A stretch of 64,000 nt of DNA from an uncultured Bacteroidales bacterium (GCA_900316955.1 ONEX01000001.1:630-64629); one strand, 5' to 3'. Shown: positions 48,588 through 58,745, numbered from the stretch's first letter. Notes: generated from the letters alone by a model not told the origin. Numbers and translations are program-made.

Positions 48588-50186
48588 ATGAAAACAATGA
48601 AGTATATTCTGGCGGCCCTTCTGTCCGCCATGGCGCTGGTCTCTTGCAACGACTGGCTGACCCTCAGCCCGATCGACTACTACGGCAGCGAGTCGTACTG
48701 GAAGACGGAGGCCAACTTCGACTCCTATATCGACGGCATGCACAAGAACATGCGTGACCAGGCCTGGACGCACACCATCATCGCCGGCGAGCTCCGCGGC
48801 GGAACCCATATCGACGGAACCAGCTCCGACGGTTCCTCGGTCTCCTATGCGGACATCATCACGCAGACCTTCGACGAGGACCACACCGGTCTGAGCAACT
48901 TCGGCGGCTACTACGGCCCGATCACCAACGTGAACCTGTTCATCGCCCGCCTCAACGCGACGGACGTCGTTCCGGAAGCGAAAAAGGCCACGTATCTGGG
49001 TATCGCCCACGGCCTGCGCGCTTTCTACTATTTCGACCTGTTCCGCCTGTACGGCACCGTTCCGCTCCGCCTGACCGCCGACGTGGTGGAAGGTGAGCTG
49101 GATCCGCTCAAGCTGTACATGGCCCGCAGCGAGGCCGCGGACGTGATGGCCCAGATCAAGGACGACCTCCAGAAGTCCCTCGACTACTTCGGCAGCGCCA
49201 ACACGATCCCTTACGGGAAGTCTTACTGGTCCAAGGCCGCGACCGAGGCCCTCGCGGGCGAGGTGTACCTGTGGAGCGCCAAGGTGGCGACCGGAAACCA
49301 GAGCGCCGGCGGCGCCGCGGACATCGCCAAGGCCAAGACCTATTTCACGAACGTGATGAACAACTACGGATTGAGCCTGCAGGGCAATTTCGCCGATGTG
49401 TTCTCCGTGACGAACAAGCTCAACAGCGAGGTGATCTTCGCCGTCCATTATGGAGAGGGCGAAGCCACCAACGCCCTGTCGGACTACACCTACATGTCCG
49501 ATGGCCGCGGCATTACGATGGAGCAGCTCGACGCAACCGGGCATCGCTTCGGCGATCCGTTCGGCCTGAACGCAGCCGGCATCCAGCGCTACCAGTATCT
49601 TGACGACATCTTCCTTTCCTTCGATCCCAACGACACCCGCCGGGACGCCACGTTCAAGGCTTCCTACAGCAAATCCGTCTATGAACAGACCGGGAAACTC
49701 GAGATGGTCGGCACCCATGTCCACAAGAACATCGGCTACACCAACGACGCCGGCGTGCACCAGAACATCGGTGACTTCATGTACTACCGCCTGCCGCTGG
49801 TGTACCTGAGCCTGGCAGAAATCGCCAACTACGAAGGCAACGGCGCCGACGTGGCCAAGTACGTCAACCTCGTCCGCAAGCGCGCCTACGGAAGCAATTG
49901 GAACGAGGCGACCTACGGATACACCGCCGGCAGCTTCACGGCCAACGAGCTTGCCATCCTCGGCGAGAAAGACCGGGAGTTCCTGCAGGAAGGCCAGCGC
50001 TGGCACGACCTGCGCCGCATGACCCTCACCAAGGACGGCAAGCACCTGGTGTTCTGCCCGGAGGCCAATCCCAAGAAGAACGGCCGTCCGATCCTGGATG
50101 AAGCCCAGTCCCACAAGCTGCTCTGGCCCATCGACAAGAATGTCATGAACAGCGACAAGGAGCTGAAGCAGACCCCGGGCTATTGA
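48588..50186 (+). CDS. susD: SusD family lipoprotein (NanU-like by context)
   Basis: LVSC lipobox; GLRAFYYFDLFRLYGTVP, EFLQEGQRWHDLRR. Confidence 0.92.
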   Translation: MKTMKYILAALLSAMALVSCNDWLTLSPIDYYGSESYWKTEANFDSYIDGMHKNMRDQAWTHTIIAGELRGGTHIDGTSSDGSSVSYADIITQTFDEDHTGLSNFGGYYGPITNVNLFIARLNATDVVPEAKKATYLGIAHGLRAFYYFDLFRLYGTVPLRLTADVVEGELDPLKLYMARSEAADVMAQIKDDLQKSLDYFGSANTIPYGKSYWSKAATEALAGEVYLWSAKVATGNQSAGGAADIAKAKTYFTNVMNNYGLSLQGNFADVFSVTNKLNSEVIFAVHYGEGEATNALSDYTYMSDGRGITMEQLDATGHRFGDPFGLNAAGIQRYQYLDDIFLSFDPNDTRRDATFKASYSKSVYEQTGKLEMVGTHVHKNIGYTNDAGVHQNIGDFMYYRLPLVYLSLAEIANYEGNGADVAKYVNLVRKRAYGSNWNEATYGYTAGSFTANELAILGEKDREFLQEGQRWHDLRRMTLTKDGKHLVFCPEANPKKNGRPILDEAQSHKLLWPIDKNVMNSDKELKQTPGY

Positions 50187-50203
50187 TCCTTCTTTTTCTG
50201 ACG

Positions 50204-50233
50204 GGAGGTGCGGTTTTTGCAGGCCGCACCTCC
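50204..50233 (+). terminator. Intra-operon hairpin between susD and nanA
   Basis: GGAGGTGCGG-10 nt-CCGCACCTCC; no T-tract, so possibly a stability/processing element. Confidence 0.5.
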
Positions 50234-50264
50234 ATATTCACATAACACTGAAACCTTTATGACC

Positions 50265-51182
50265 ATGGAAAAGATCATCGGCCTTATCGATGCGCCGTTC
50301 ACCCCGATGAAACAGAGCGGGGACATCAACCTGGAGCCCATTCCGGCCTATGCCGCGATGCTGGCGAAGAACGGCCTCAAGGGCGTTTTCATCAACGGAT
50401 CCTCCGGCGAGGGGTACATGCTCACCACCGACGAGCGGAAGCAGCTGGCGGAGGCCTGGATGGCCGCCGTGCCCGCGGGCTTCAAGGTCATCGTCCATGT
50501 GGGCAGCTGCTGCCTGCGGGAGTCCGTGGAGCTGGCGAAGCATGCCGCGGCGATCGGGGCGTGGGGCATCGGCGCGATGGCGCCGCCCTTCCCGAAGATC
50601 GGCCGCGTGGAGGAGCTCGTCAAGTACTGCGAGACCATCGCCGCCGCCGCGCCGGAACTGCCGTTCTACTTCTACCATATTCCCGCCTTCAACGGCTGCT
50701 TCCTGCCCATGCTGGACTTCCTGAAGGCCGTCGACGGGCGCATCCCGAACTTCGCGGGCATCAAGTACACCTTCGAGAGCCTGTATGAGTACAACCAGTG
50801 CCGCCTGTACAAGGACGGCAAGTTCGACATGCTCCACGGCCAGGACGAGACCTATCTCCCGTCCCTCGCGCAGGGCGGCGCCCAGGGCGGCATCTGCGGC
50901 ACGACCAACTACAACGGCCGCGAGCAGGTCGCCATCGGCGAAGCCTGGGCGGCCGGCGACCTGGAGCGCGCCCGCGAGCTGCAGAACTTCTCGCAGGAGG
51001 TCATCAACGTGATCTGCCACTTCCGCGGCAACATCGTGGGCGGCAAGCGGATCATGAAGCTCATCGGCCTGGACCTGGGCCCGAACCGGATTCCCTGGCG
51101 CAACATGACCGACGAGGAAGAGGCGGCGATGAAGCGCGAGCTGGAGGAAATCCATTTCTTCGAACGCTGCAACCGCTTCTAG
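50265..51182 (+). CDS. nanA: N-acetylneuraminate lyase (Bacteroides NanL type)
   Basis: MEKIIGLIDAPFTP, FINGSSGEG, FYFYHIP, GIKYT Schiff-base Lys. Confidence 0.92.
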   Translation: MEKIIGLIDAPFTPMKQSGDINLEPIPAYAAMLAKNGLKGVFINGSSGEGYMLTTDERKQLAEAWMAAVPAGFKVIVHVGSCCLRESVELAKHAAAIGAWGIGAMAPPFPKIGRVEELVKYCETIAAAAPELPFYFYHIPAFNGCFLPMLDFLKAVDGRIPNFAGIKYTFESLYEYNQCRLYKDGKFDMLHGQDETYLPSLAQGGAQGGICGTTNYNGREQVAIGEAWAAGDLERARELQNFSQEVINVICHFRGNIVGGKRIMKLIGLDLGPNRIPWRNMTDEEEAAMKRELEEIHFFERCNRF

Positions 51183-51186
51183 GACC

Positions 51187-52362
51187 ATGACAGCGGAGCA
51201 GATCGACTATTTGCGTTCCTGCCGGCAGCGTGTCGGTATGGACATCGTGGCTGACATTCTCCCGTTCTGGCTGGAAAACGGCCTGGACCGGGAGAATGGC
51301 GGCATCTTCACCTGCCTGGACCGGGACGGAACCCTGATGGACACCACCAAGTCCGTCTGGTTCCAGGGGCGGTGGGGGTATATCGCCTCCCTCGCGGCCA
51401 TTCAGCTCGGGAGCGAGGAGTGCCTGGACGCGGCGGCCTCGGCCATCGACTTCATCGAGGCCCATTGCTTCGACAAGGACGGGCACATGTTCTTCTCGGT
51501 GACGGCCGACGGCAAGCCGGTCCAGAAGCGTCGGTACGTGTTCTCCGAGTGCTTCGCGGCCATCGCGATGGCGGAATACAGTCTCGCGGCCGACGATCCG
51601 GAATACGCGGAGAAGGCCGTGGCCCTGTTCAAGAAGATCCAGTGGATGCTCGCGGAGCCGGGATTCCTGCCGCCGAAGTTCGACTTCGACGCCCGGGGCC
51701 ACTCCATCACGATGATGCTGATCAACGTGGCGAACGTCCTCAAGCAGGTGTCCGACGACCCTTGCCTGGACGAGCAGATCGACAAGAGCATCCACGAACT
51801 CAAGACCTACTTCATGAAGCCGGAGTTCGGGACCGTCCTGGAGATGGTGGGGCCGAATGGCGAGTTCATCGACACCCTCGCGGGGCGCGTCATCAACCCG
51901 GGCCACTGCATGGAGACGGGCTGGTTCATCCTGGACATCGCGAAATCGCGCGGCTGGGATCCGGACCTCGTGAAGATGGGCACGACCATCATCGACTGGG
52001 CCTGGAAATGGGGCTGGGACGAGGAGTACGGCGGAATGATCAACTTCCGCGACTGCAAGGGCTTCCCGCCGCAGGACTACTCCCAGGACATGAAGTTCTG
52101 GTGGCCGCAGTGCGAGACCATCCTCGCCGGCCTGTACGCCTACCAGGCCACGGGTGACGACAAGTACCTGGAGATGCACCGGAAGGCGTTCGACTATGCC
52201 TACCGCGTATTCCCGGACGAGCAGTACGGCGAATGGTACGGCTACCTGCACCGCGACGGCACCGTCGCCCAGCCCGCGAAGGGCAACCTCTTCAAGGGTC
52301 CCTTCCACATCCCCCGTATGATGCTCAAGGCGGCGGCTTTATATGATGAGATCCTGGGTTAG
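51187..52362 (+). CDS. nanE: N-acylglucosamine 2-epimerase (AGE family, Bacteroides NanE type)
   Basis: KSVWFQGR, INPGHCMETGWF, KFWWPQCE, KGNLFKGPFHIPR. Confidence 0.92.
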   Translation: MTAEQIDYLRSCRQRVGMDIVADILPFWLENGLDRENGGIFTCLDRDGTLMDTTKSVWFQGRWGYIASLAAIQLGSEECLDAAASAIDFIEAHCFDKDGHMFFSVTADGKPVQKRRYVFSECFAAIAMAEYSLAADDPEYAEKAVALFKKIQWMLAEPGFLPPKFDFDARGHSITMMLINVANVLKQVSDDPCLDEQIDKSIHELKTYFMKPEFGTVLEMVGPNGEFIDTLAGRVINPGHCMETGWFILDIAKSRGWDPDLVKMGTTIIDWAWKWGWDEEYGGMINFRDCKGFPPQDYSQDMKFWWPQCETILAGLYAYQATGDDKYLEMHRKAFDYAYRVFPDEQYGEWYGYLHRDGTVAQPAKGNLFKGPFHIPRMMLKAAALYDEILG

Positions 52363-53404
52363 TTTGATCCTGGCGGCGGGCCTGGTGGCCTGCCATACGG
52401 AAATGATGAAAGTAACTGAACTGAAAGCCATCCCCGACGCGGCCTATGCGAAGGGGGTGTCGGCGCCGTTCTGCGGCGTCGTGGGAGACGCGCTGATCGT
52501 TGCCGGTGGCGCGAACTTCCCGGACAAGAGCCTCCTCGACGGGGGCGCCAAGCGGGTGTATGCCGATATCTGGGCCCAGGCCGATGGGGAATGGGTCCAC
52601 GCCGGCGTCCTGCCGGACTCCACGGCGTACGGGGCCACTTTCGCGGTGGACGGCGCGCTGGTGCTGGCGGGCGGCAACGTGTGCGGCACGACTACGGACA
52701 AGGTCTATGATCTGACGTTCCGGGACCGCGCGGCGGTCCTCCGCGCCCTGCCGCCGCTCCCGGTACCGATGGAGCAGTGCGGCTGGACGCGTGACGGCGA
52801 CCGGCTCTACCTGGTGGGCGGCGTCGGCACGACCGGCGTCTATGCCTGCACCGTCGGCGAATATGTCTGGACCAAGCTGGCGGACCTGCCCGAACCCCTT
52901 GTCCAACCCGTAGCCTTCGCCTCGGGCGGTCGCCTCTACGTCTGGGGCGGCTTCAACCCCGAGACCCTGGAGGTGAGTGACAAGGGACTTGTCATCCCAA
53001 CTGATTCTTCTGTCATTCCGAGCGAAGCGAAGGAATCTCCCTGGGCCGAAGCCCCCGCCATCCCCGACGGCGGCACCTTCGTCGGCGCCACCGGCGCAAC
53101 CCTGCCCGACGGCCGCCTGGTCGTCGTGGGCGGCGTGAACCGCGCCATCTTCGCCCGCGCCCTGCACAACACCCCGGAGGACCGCATCCCGTACCTCTCC
53201 AAGGAACCGGCTGAGTATCAATTCCGGCAGGCCGTGTACGCCTTCGACCCGGCTGCCGGCGCGTGGACCCTCCTAGGCTCCGACCCGGCTTGCGCCCTCG
53301 CCGGTCCCGGCGTCGCCGTCCGCCCGGCGGGCGGACTCTACGTTGCCGGCGGCGAGCTCAAGCCCGGCGTTCGCAGCCCCAAGCTCTTCTCCCTGGCCTG
53401 GTAA
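52343..53404 (+). CDS. Kelch-repeat sialic acid mutarotase-like lipoprotein (NanM-like)
   Basis: LVAC lipobox; IVAGGANFP, LVLAGG, LYLVGG, LYVWGG, GGELKPGVRSP. Confidence 0.85.
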   Translation: MMRSWVSLILAAGLVACHTEMMKVTELKAIPDAAYAKGVSAPFCGVVGDALIVAGGANFPDKSLLDGGAKRVYADIWAQADGEWVHAGVLPDSTAYGATFAVDGALVLAGGNVCGTTTDKVYDLTFRDRAAVLRALPPLPVPMEQCGWTRDGDRLYLVGGVGTTGVYACTVGEYVWTKLADLPEPLVQPVAFASGGRLYVWGGFNPETLEVSDKGLVIPTDSSVIPSEAKESPWAEAPAIPDGGTFVGATGATLPDGRLVVVGGVNRAIFARALHNTPEDRIPYLSKEPAEYQFRQAVYAFDPAAGAWTLLGSDPACALAGPGVAVRPAGGLYVAGGELKPGVRSPKLFSLAW

Positions 53405-53486
53405 CAACGCTACTTAACCTGTTTATTGATAGCGCTTTACAAAAACTGCTTTACGTAAAAAAGCAGAAAGCGCTTTCCGGAAACGA

Positions 53487-55364
53487 TTGATGCTCAAAGG
53501 ATTCGCAAAAACGCTCTTGGCGGCGGCGCTGCTGGTTTCCTGCGCGAAGGCGCAGGAACCGGCGCTGTTGCCGCTGCCGAAGCAGGCCGAGTTCACCGGC
53601 GGGAGCATCCGGGCCGGCTCGCCCGAGACACTCTCGTTCGTGGAGTCCATTCCGGAGGCCGCCCTGAATGAGAACGAGGCGTACCGCCTGACCGTCGACA
53701 AAACGGGCGTCCATATCGAGGCCGTGACGGAGCGGGGCGTCTGGAACGCCCGGCAGACGCTCCGGCAACTGGCGCAAAAGGGCCGGATTCCCTGCTGCCG
53801 CATCGTGGACTGGCCGAGCTTCCGGGTGCGGGGATGGATGATGGACGTGGGGCGGACGTATGTCAGCCTCGAGGAGCTCAAGCGGGAGGTGGAGATCTTC
53901 TCGCAGTTCAAGGTCAATGTGTTCCATCTGCATCTGACCGAGCACGAGGCCTGGCGGCTGGAAAGCAAGCGGTTCCCGCAGCTCAATGCCCCCGAATCGA
54001 TGCTCCGGCAACCCGGGAAGTACTATACGCAGGCTCAGATGCGGGAGTTGGACGCCTTCTGCCGCGAGCGGGGCGTCATGCTGGTGCCCGAGATCGACAT
54101 GCCGGGCCATAGCCGCGCGTTCGAGCGGGCGCTTGGTTACGGGATGCAGACCCCGGAGGGGAAGGAGACCGTCAAGGCGCTGCTGGACGAGCTGATGGAC
54201 ACCTTCTCAAGCCCTTACATCCACATCGGCACGGACGAGGTCGGGTTCACCGATCCGGATTTCGTGCCCGAGATGGTGGCTTGGGTCCGGGCCCATGGGC
54301 GCAAGGCCGTGTCCTGGAACCCGGGCTGGAAGTACGCGGCCGGGGAAATCGACGCGACGCAGCTCTGGAGCTACCGCGGCAAGGCCCAGCCGGGGATTCC
54401 CGCCGTGGACTGCCGGCTGCATTATGTCAATCATTTCGACCTCTTCGGCGACATCATCGGCCTGCACACCAGCACCATTTACGGGCAGCAGGAAGGATCC
54501 GACGACATCGCCGGTTCCATCGTCGCTCTTTGGAACGACCGTTATCTCACGAACGAGGAGAACATCCTCAAGGAGAATAACTTATACGCTTGTGTCCTGG
54601 CCCTGGCGGACCGCGCCTGGCGGGGCGGCGGCTATCAGTACTTCGATGATTTTGGTACCGTCCTGCCCGATGAGGGGCCGGCCCGGGAAGACTTCCTGGA
54701 CTTCGAGCGGCGGATGCTCGCTTACCGGGAAACGGCCTTGAACGACGCGCCGATGGCCTATGTGGCGCAGGGGCAGGCCCGATGGGCCATCTCCAAGGCG
54801 TATTCCAACGACGGTGACTTGGCGCAGGCCTTCCCGCCGGAGCAGGGCGAATGGGAGACCGACCGGGTCGTCACCGGTTCCGGCATCTATTTCCGTCACG
54901 TCTGGGGACCGTCCATCGTGGCGGGCTACTATAAGGAGCCCCAGCCGAACCAAACCGTTTATGCCCGGACGCGGGTCTGGTCCCCGAAGGAGCAGACCGT
55001 GGGCCTTCTCTTCGAGACCCAGAACTACAGCCGTTCCGAGCGCGACCCGATGCCCCCGCAGGGGCAGTGGGATTATCGGCATAGCCGCCTTTGGGTCAAT
55101 GGCGCCGAAGTCCTTCCTCCCACATGGGAAGGAAACACGGAACTGGCTGATTACCAAGAGCCTTTCGGCGATGCCAATGCTTCCGGCCGCCCGCCGCAAC
55201 CCGTGAAGCTAGCCAAAGGCTGGAACGAAGTGCTCGTGAAGCTTCCCGTCGGCGCCTTCTCCACGAAGGAGAACCGCCTCACCAAGTGGATGTTCACCTG
55301 CGCTTTCACGACCCCCGACGGCCGGGCGGCCGCCGAGGTCAAGTATGAAACAACGTTTGAATGA
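53487..55364 (+). CDS. GH20 beta-N-acetylhexosaminidase
   Basis: DWPSFRVRGWMMDVGR, VFHLHLTE, VPEIDMPGH, intact HIGTDE. Confidence 0.93.
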   Translation: MMLKGFAKTLLAAALLVSCAKAQEPALLPLPKQAEFTGGSIRAGSPETLSFVESIPEAALNENEAYRLTVDKTGVHIEAVTERGVWNARQTLRQLAQKGRIPCCRIVDWPSFRVRGWMMDVGRTYVSLEELKREVEIFSQFKVNVFHLHLTEHEAWRLESKRFPQLNAPESMLRQPGKYYTQAQMRELDAFCRERGVMLVPEIDMPGHSRAFERALGYGMQTPEGKETVKALLDELMDTFSSPYIHIGTDEVGFTDPDFVPEMVAWVRAHGRKAVSWNPGWKYAAGEIDATQLWSYRGKAQPGIPAVDCRLHYVNHFDLFGDIIGLHTSTIYGQQEGSDDIAGSIVALWNDRYLTNEENILKENNLYACVLALADRAWRGGGYQYFDDFGTVLPDEGPAREDFLDFERRMLAYRETALNDAPMAYVAQGQARWAISKAYSNDGDLAQAFPPEQGEWETDRVVTGSGIYFRHVWGPSIVAGYYKEPQPNQTVYARTRVWSPKEQTVGLLFETQNYSRSERDPMPPQGQWDYRHSRLWVNGAEVLPPTWEGNTELADYQEPFGDANASGRPPQPVKLAKGWNEVLVKLPVGAFSTKENRLTKWMFTCAFTTPDGRAAAEVKYETTFE

Positions 55365-55392
55365 GATTCCGGGTCAAGCCCGGAATGACAAG
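55364..55392. repeat. REP-like element AGATTCCGGG-TCAAG-CCCGGAATGACAAG
   Basis: Palindromic core; same AGATTCC and CGGAATGACAAG ends as 23684. Confidence 0.65.
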
Positions 55393-55399
55393 GTAAGAT

Positions 55400-56659
55400 A
55401 TGGCAAAGAAACTTGAAAAGATTTATCCCTGGATCGTGGTGGCCCTCCTGTGGGTGGTGGCCCTGCTGAACTATATGGACCGGCAGATGCTCTCGACGAT
55501 GCGGGAGTACATCGCGATGGACATCGCCCAGCTGCAGCAGGCCGAGGCGTTCGGCGTGCTGATGGCCATCTTCCTGTGGATCTACGCCATCGTGAGCCCG
55601 TTCGCGGGCACTGTGGCCGACCGGCTCAGCCGTAAGTGGCTGATCGTGGGCTCGCTGGCCGTGTGGTCGGCCGTGACGCTCCTGATGGGCTACTGCACGA
55701 CCTTCACCCAGCTCAAGTGGCTCCGCGGCCTGATGGGCGTGAGCGAGGCCCTGTACATCCCGTCCAGCCTGTCGCTCATCGCCGACTACCATACTGGAAA
55801 ATCGCGCTCCCTCGCCGTGGGCATCCATATGACCGGCCTGTACCTGGGCCAGGCCCTCGGCGGCTTCGGCGCCAACCTGGCCGCGGCCCTCACCTGGCAG
55901 CAGACCTTCCACTGGTTCGGTATCATTGGCATCGTGTATGCCGTGGTCCTCATCTTCTGCCTGAAGGAGGCCCGTCCGGCCGCTGTCAAGACGGGCGACC
56001 CTTCTGTCATTCCGAGCGCAGCGAAGGAATCTCCTGCCAAGGCCTCCGTCTGGAAATCCTTCGGCCTCATCTTCTCCAACATCGCCTTCTGGGCCATCCT
56101 GTTCTTCTTCGCGTCCTCGTCCATGCCGGGCTGGGCCACGAAGAACTGGCTTCCGACCCTGTTCCAGGGCAGCCTGGACATCCCGATGGAAAAGGCGGGC
56201 CCGATCGCGACGATCACCATCGCTTTCGCCTCTTTCATCGGCGTTCTCATCGGCGGTCCCCTGTCTGACCGCTGGGTCAAGAAGAACCTCAAGGGCCGCA
56301 TCTACACCAGCGCCATCGGCCTTGGGATGATGATCCCGGCCCTCGTGCTGATCGGCCTCGGCCACGGCATCGTCGCCGCCGTCGCCGCCGGCCTCATCTT
56401 CGGCATCGGCTACGGGATGTTCGACACGAACAATATGCCTATCCTCTGCCAGTTCGTCCCTTCCCGCCTCCGCGCCACGGCTTACGGCTTTATGAATACG
56501 GTGGGCGTGGCGATGGGCGCCGTCTGCACGCAGGTCCTCGGCCGGATGCAGGACGGCGGCCACCTGGGCGCGGCCTTCGCCGTGCTGGGTGTCGTCACGG
56601 CCGCCGCCCTCCTTGTCCAACTTGTCGTCCTTAAACCCGTTACCGATGACATGGCGTAA
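55400..56659 (+). CDS. MFS transporter (sialic acid transporter-like by context)
   Basis: LNYMDRQ, GTVADRLSRK motif A, ~12 TM segments. Confidence 0.9.
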   Translation: MAKKLEKIYPWIVVALLWVVALLNYMDRQMLSTMREYIAMDIAQLQQAEAFGVLMAIFLWIYAIVSPFAGTVADRLSRKWLIVGSLAVWSAVTLLMGYCTTFTQLKWLRGLMGVSEALYIPSSLSLIADYHTGKSRSLAVGIHMTGLYLGQALGGFGANLAAALTWQQTFHWFGIIGIVYAVVLIFCLKEARPAAVKTGDPSVIPSAAKESPAKASVWKSFGLIFSNIAFWAILFFFASSSMPGWATKNWLPTLFQGSLDIPMEKAGPIATITIAFASFIGVLIGGPLSDRWVKKNLKGRIYTSAIGLGMMIPALVLIGLGHGIVAAVAAGLIFGIGYGMFDTNNMPILCQFVPSRLRATAYGFMNTVGVAMGAVCTQVLGRMQDGGHLGAAFAVLGVVTAAALLVQLVVLKPVTDDMA

Positions 56660-58745
56660 TCTGCTCGTCGGCGCCCTCGCCCTGACGCTCGTGTTCGTTC
56701 CGGCCGATGCGCGCCGGAAACCCAAGGTCGAACCCAAGATCAAGGTCTCCTGCGTGGGGAACAGCATCACGTACGGGATGCGGCTGGACGACCGGGAGCG
56801 CGAAAGCTATCCGGTCCGGCTGCAGGAAATGCTGGGGGACCGCTATGAGGTGGGGAACTTCGGGAAGTCGGGCGCCACGCTGCTGCGCCACGGCCACCGG
56901 CCGTATTTCGAGCAGGAGGAGTTCCGCCAGGCGATGGAGTTCGCCGGGGACATCGTCGTGATCCATCTGGGGGTCAACGATACGGACCCGCGCAACTGGC
57001 CGCATTTCCAGGACGAGTTCGTGGGGGATTACCTCGCGCTCATCGACAGTCTCCGGAGCGTCAATCCCAAGGCGCGGTTCCTGATCGCGCGGATGACGCC
57101 CATCGGCAGCACCCACAGCCGCTTCATCTCAGGTACGAAAACCTGGCATGGACAGATCCAGAAGGAGATCGAGACCGTGGCCGATGTCGCCGGAGCCGAG
57201 CTCATCGACTTTTACGAGCCGCTGTATCGTTATCCCTGGATGTTCCCGGACGCCGTCCATCCGAATGCGGAGGGCGCCGGCATCCTCGCCAAGACGGTCT
57301 ATCAGGGAATTACGGGCAACTACGGAGGCCTGCGGGTCTCGCCGATGTTCTCCGACCACATGGTCCTGCCCCGGGACAGGGACTTCCTGATCCGGGGGGT
57401 GGCCGATGCCCGCGAGAAGGTGACGGTAACGGTCGATGGCGATGTCCTCGAGGCGGTGGCCAATAACCGCGGCCAGTGGTGCGTGCTCGTCCCGCACCGT
57501 CCGGCGAAGGTGGGTGCCGAGCTCCGCATCGAGACGGCCAAGTCCTCGCTGGTGTACCGGGACGTCGCTTTCGGCGACATCTGGCTGTGCTCCGGCCAGT
57601 CGAACATGGAGTTCGAGGTGCGGCAGAGTTCCGACGCCGTGCCGCGGCCCGACGCGGGCCTGCGCCTGTATGACATGAAATGCAACTGGCGGACGGACAA
57701 TGTCGCGTGGTCCGCTTCGGCGCTGGATTCCGTGAACCATCTGCAGTACTTCGCCCCCACGCGTTGGATGCCGGCCTCGGACGCCGCCATCGCCCGCTTC
57801 TCGGCCGTCGGCTACGCCTTCGGCCAGATGCTGCGAGACAGCCTGCGGGTTCCCATCGGCCTGATCTGCAACGCCGTGGGCGGTTCCACGACCGAAAGCT
57901 GGGTGGACCGCGAGACCCTGGAAACCCGCTATCCGGCCTTCCTCCGCGACTGGCTGCACAATGACCTGATCATGGAATGGGCCCGCGGCCGGGCGGAGAA
58001 GAATCTTTCCAACCGGCCCGCCTCCGTCGAAGGTTACGGCATCGTCCCTACCCGCCACCCCTACGAACCCTGCTACAACTTCGAAGCGGGCATCCTGCCG
58101 TTGGACCATTATCCGATTACGGGCGTCATCTGGTACCAGGGCGAGTCCAACGCGGAAAGGGTGGAGGTCCATGAGGAACTCTTCCCGCTGCTGGTGGACT
58201 CCTGGCGGAACTACTTCTCTGACGTTCCTTTCTACTACGTCCAGCTCTCCTCCCTCAACCGCACCTGCTGGCCCATCTTCCGCGACTCCCAGCGGCGCCT
58301 GCTGGCAAGCCGCCCGGGCCTTGGGATGGCTGTCACATCCGACCTCGGCGACCCGACTGACGTGCACTATCGGCAGAAACGGCCCGTCGGCGAGCGCCTC
58401 GCGCTGCAGGCCCTGGAGAAGTACTACGGACACGCCGTGAAGGCCGACGGCCCGTTGGCCAAGGAAGCCGCCCGCGCCGGGCAGGACGTTTACGTCGATT
58501 TCTACCCGCAGGATGCGCTTCGCTCCGCGGACGGCGGCCCCATCGTCGGTTTCGAGGTCCAGGACGCCGCGGACGGGCTTTTCCACCCGGTCGCGGCCGA
58601 GGTCTCAGGCGGCCTGGTCCGCCTGGACTGCGCCGCGATCCGCGCCCCCAAGGCCGTCCGCTACGCCTGGCAGCCCTACACCCGCGCCAACCTCGTGAAC
58701 GCCACCGGCCTCCCCGCCTCCACCTTCCGCCTCCCGGTGCGTTGA
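56646..58745 (+). CDS. Two-domain sialate O-acetylesterase (GDSL + SASA)
   Basis: Start MTWRNLL; GNSITYG, GVND, DAVHP; then GDIWLCSGQSNM, WYQGESN, DVHY. Confidence 0.9.
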   Translation: MTWRNLLVGALALTLVFVPADARRKPKVEPKIKVSCVGNSITYGMRLDDRERESYPVRLQEMLGDRYEVGNFGKSGATLLRHGHRPYFEQEEFRQAMEFAGDIVVIHLGVNDTDPRNWPHFQDEFVGDYLALIDSLRSVNPKARFLIARMTPIGSTHSRFISGTKTWHGQIQKEIETVADVAGAELIDFYEPLYRYPWMFPDAVHPNAEGAGILAKTVYQGITGNYGGLRVSPMFSDHMVLPRDRDFLIRGVADAREKVTVTVDGDVLEAVANNRGQWCVLVPHRPAKVGAELRIETAKSSLVYRDVAFGDIWLCSGQSNMEFEVRQSSDAVPRPDAGLRLYDMKCNWRTDNVAWSASALDSVNHLQYFAPTRWMPASDAAIARFSAVGYAFGQMLRDSLRVPIGLICNAVGGSTTESWVDRETLETRYPAFLRDWLHNDLIMEWARGRAEKNLSNRPASVEGYGIVPTRHPYEPCYNFEAGILPLDHYPITGVIWYQGESNAERVEVHEELFPLLVDSWRNYFSDVPFYYVQLSSLNRTCWPIFRDSQRRLLASRPGLGMAVTSDLGDPTDVHYRQKRPVGERLALQALEKYYGHAVKADGPLAKEAARAGQDVYVDFYPQDALRSADGGPIVGFEVQDAADGLFHPVAAEVSGGLVRLDCAAIRAPKAVRYAWQPYTRANLVNATGLPASTFRLPVR

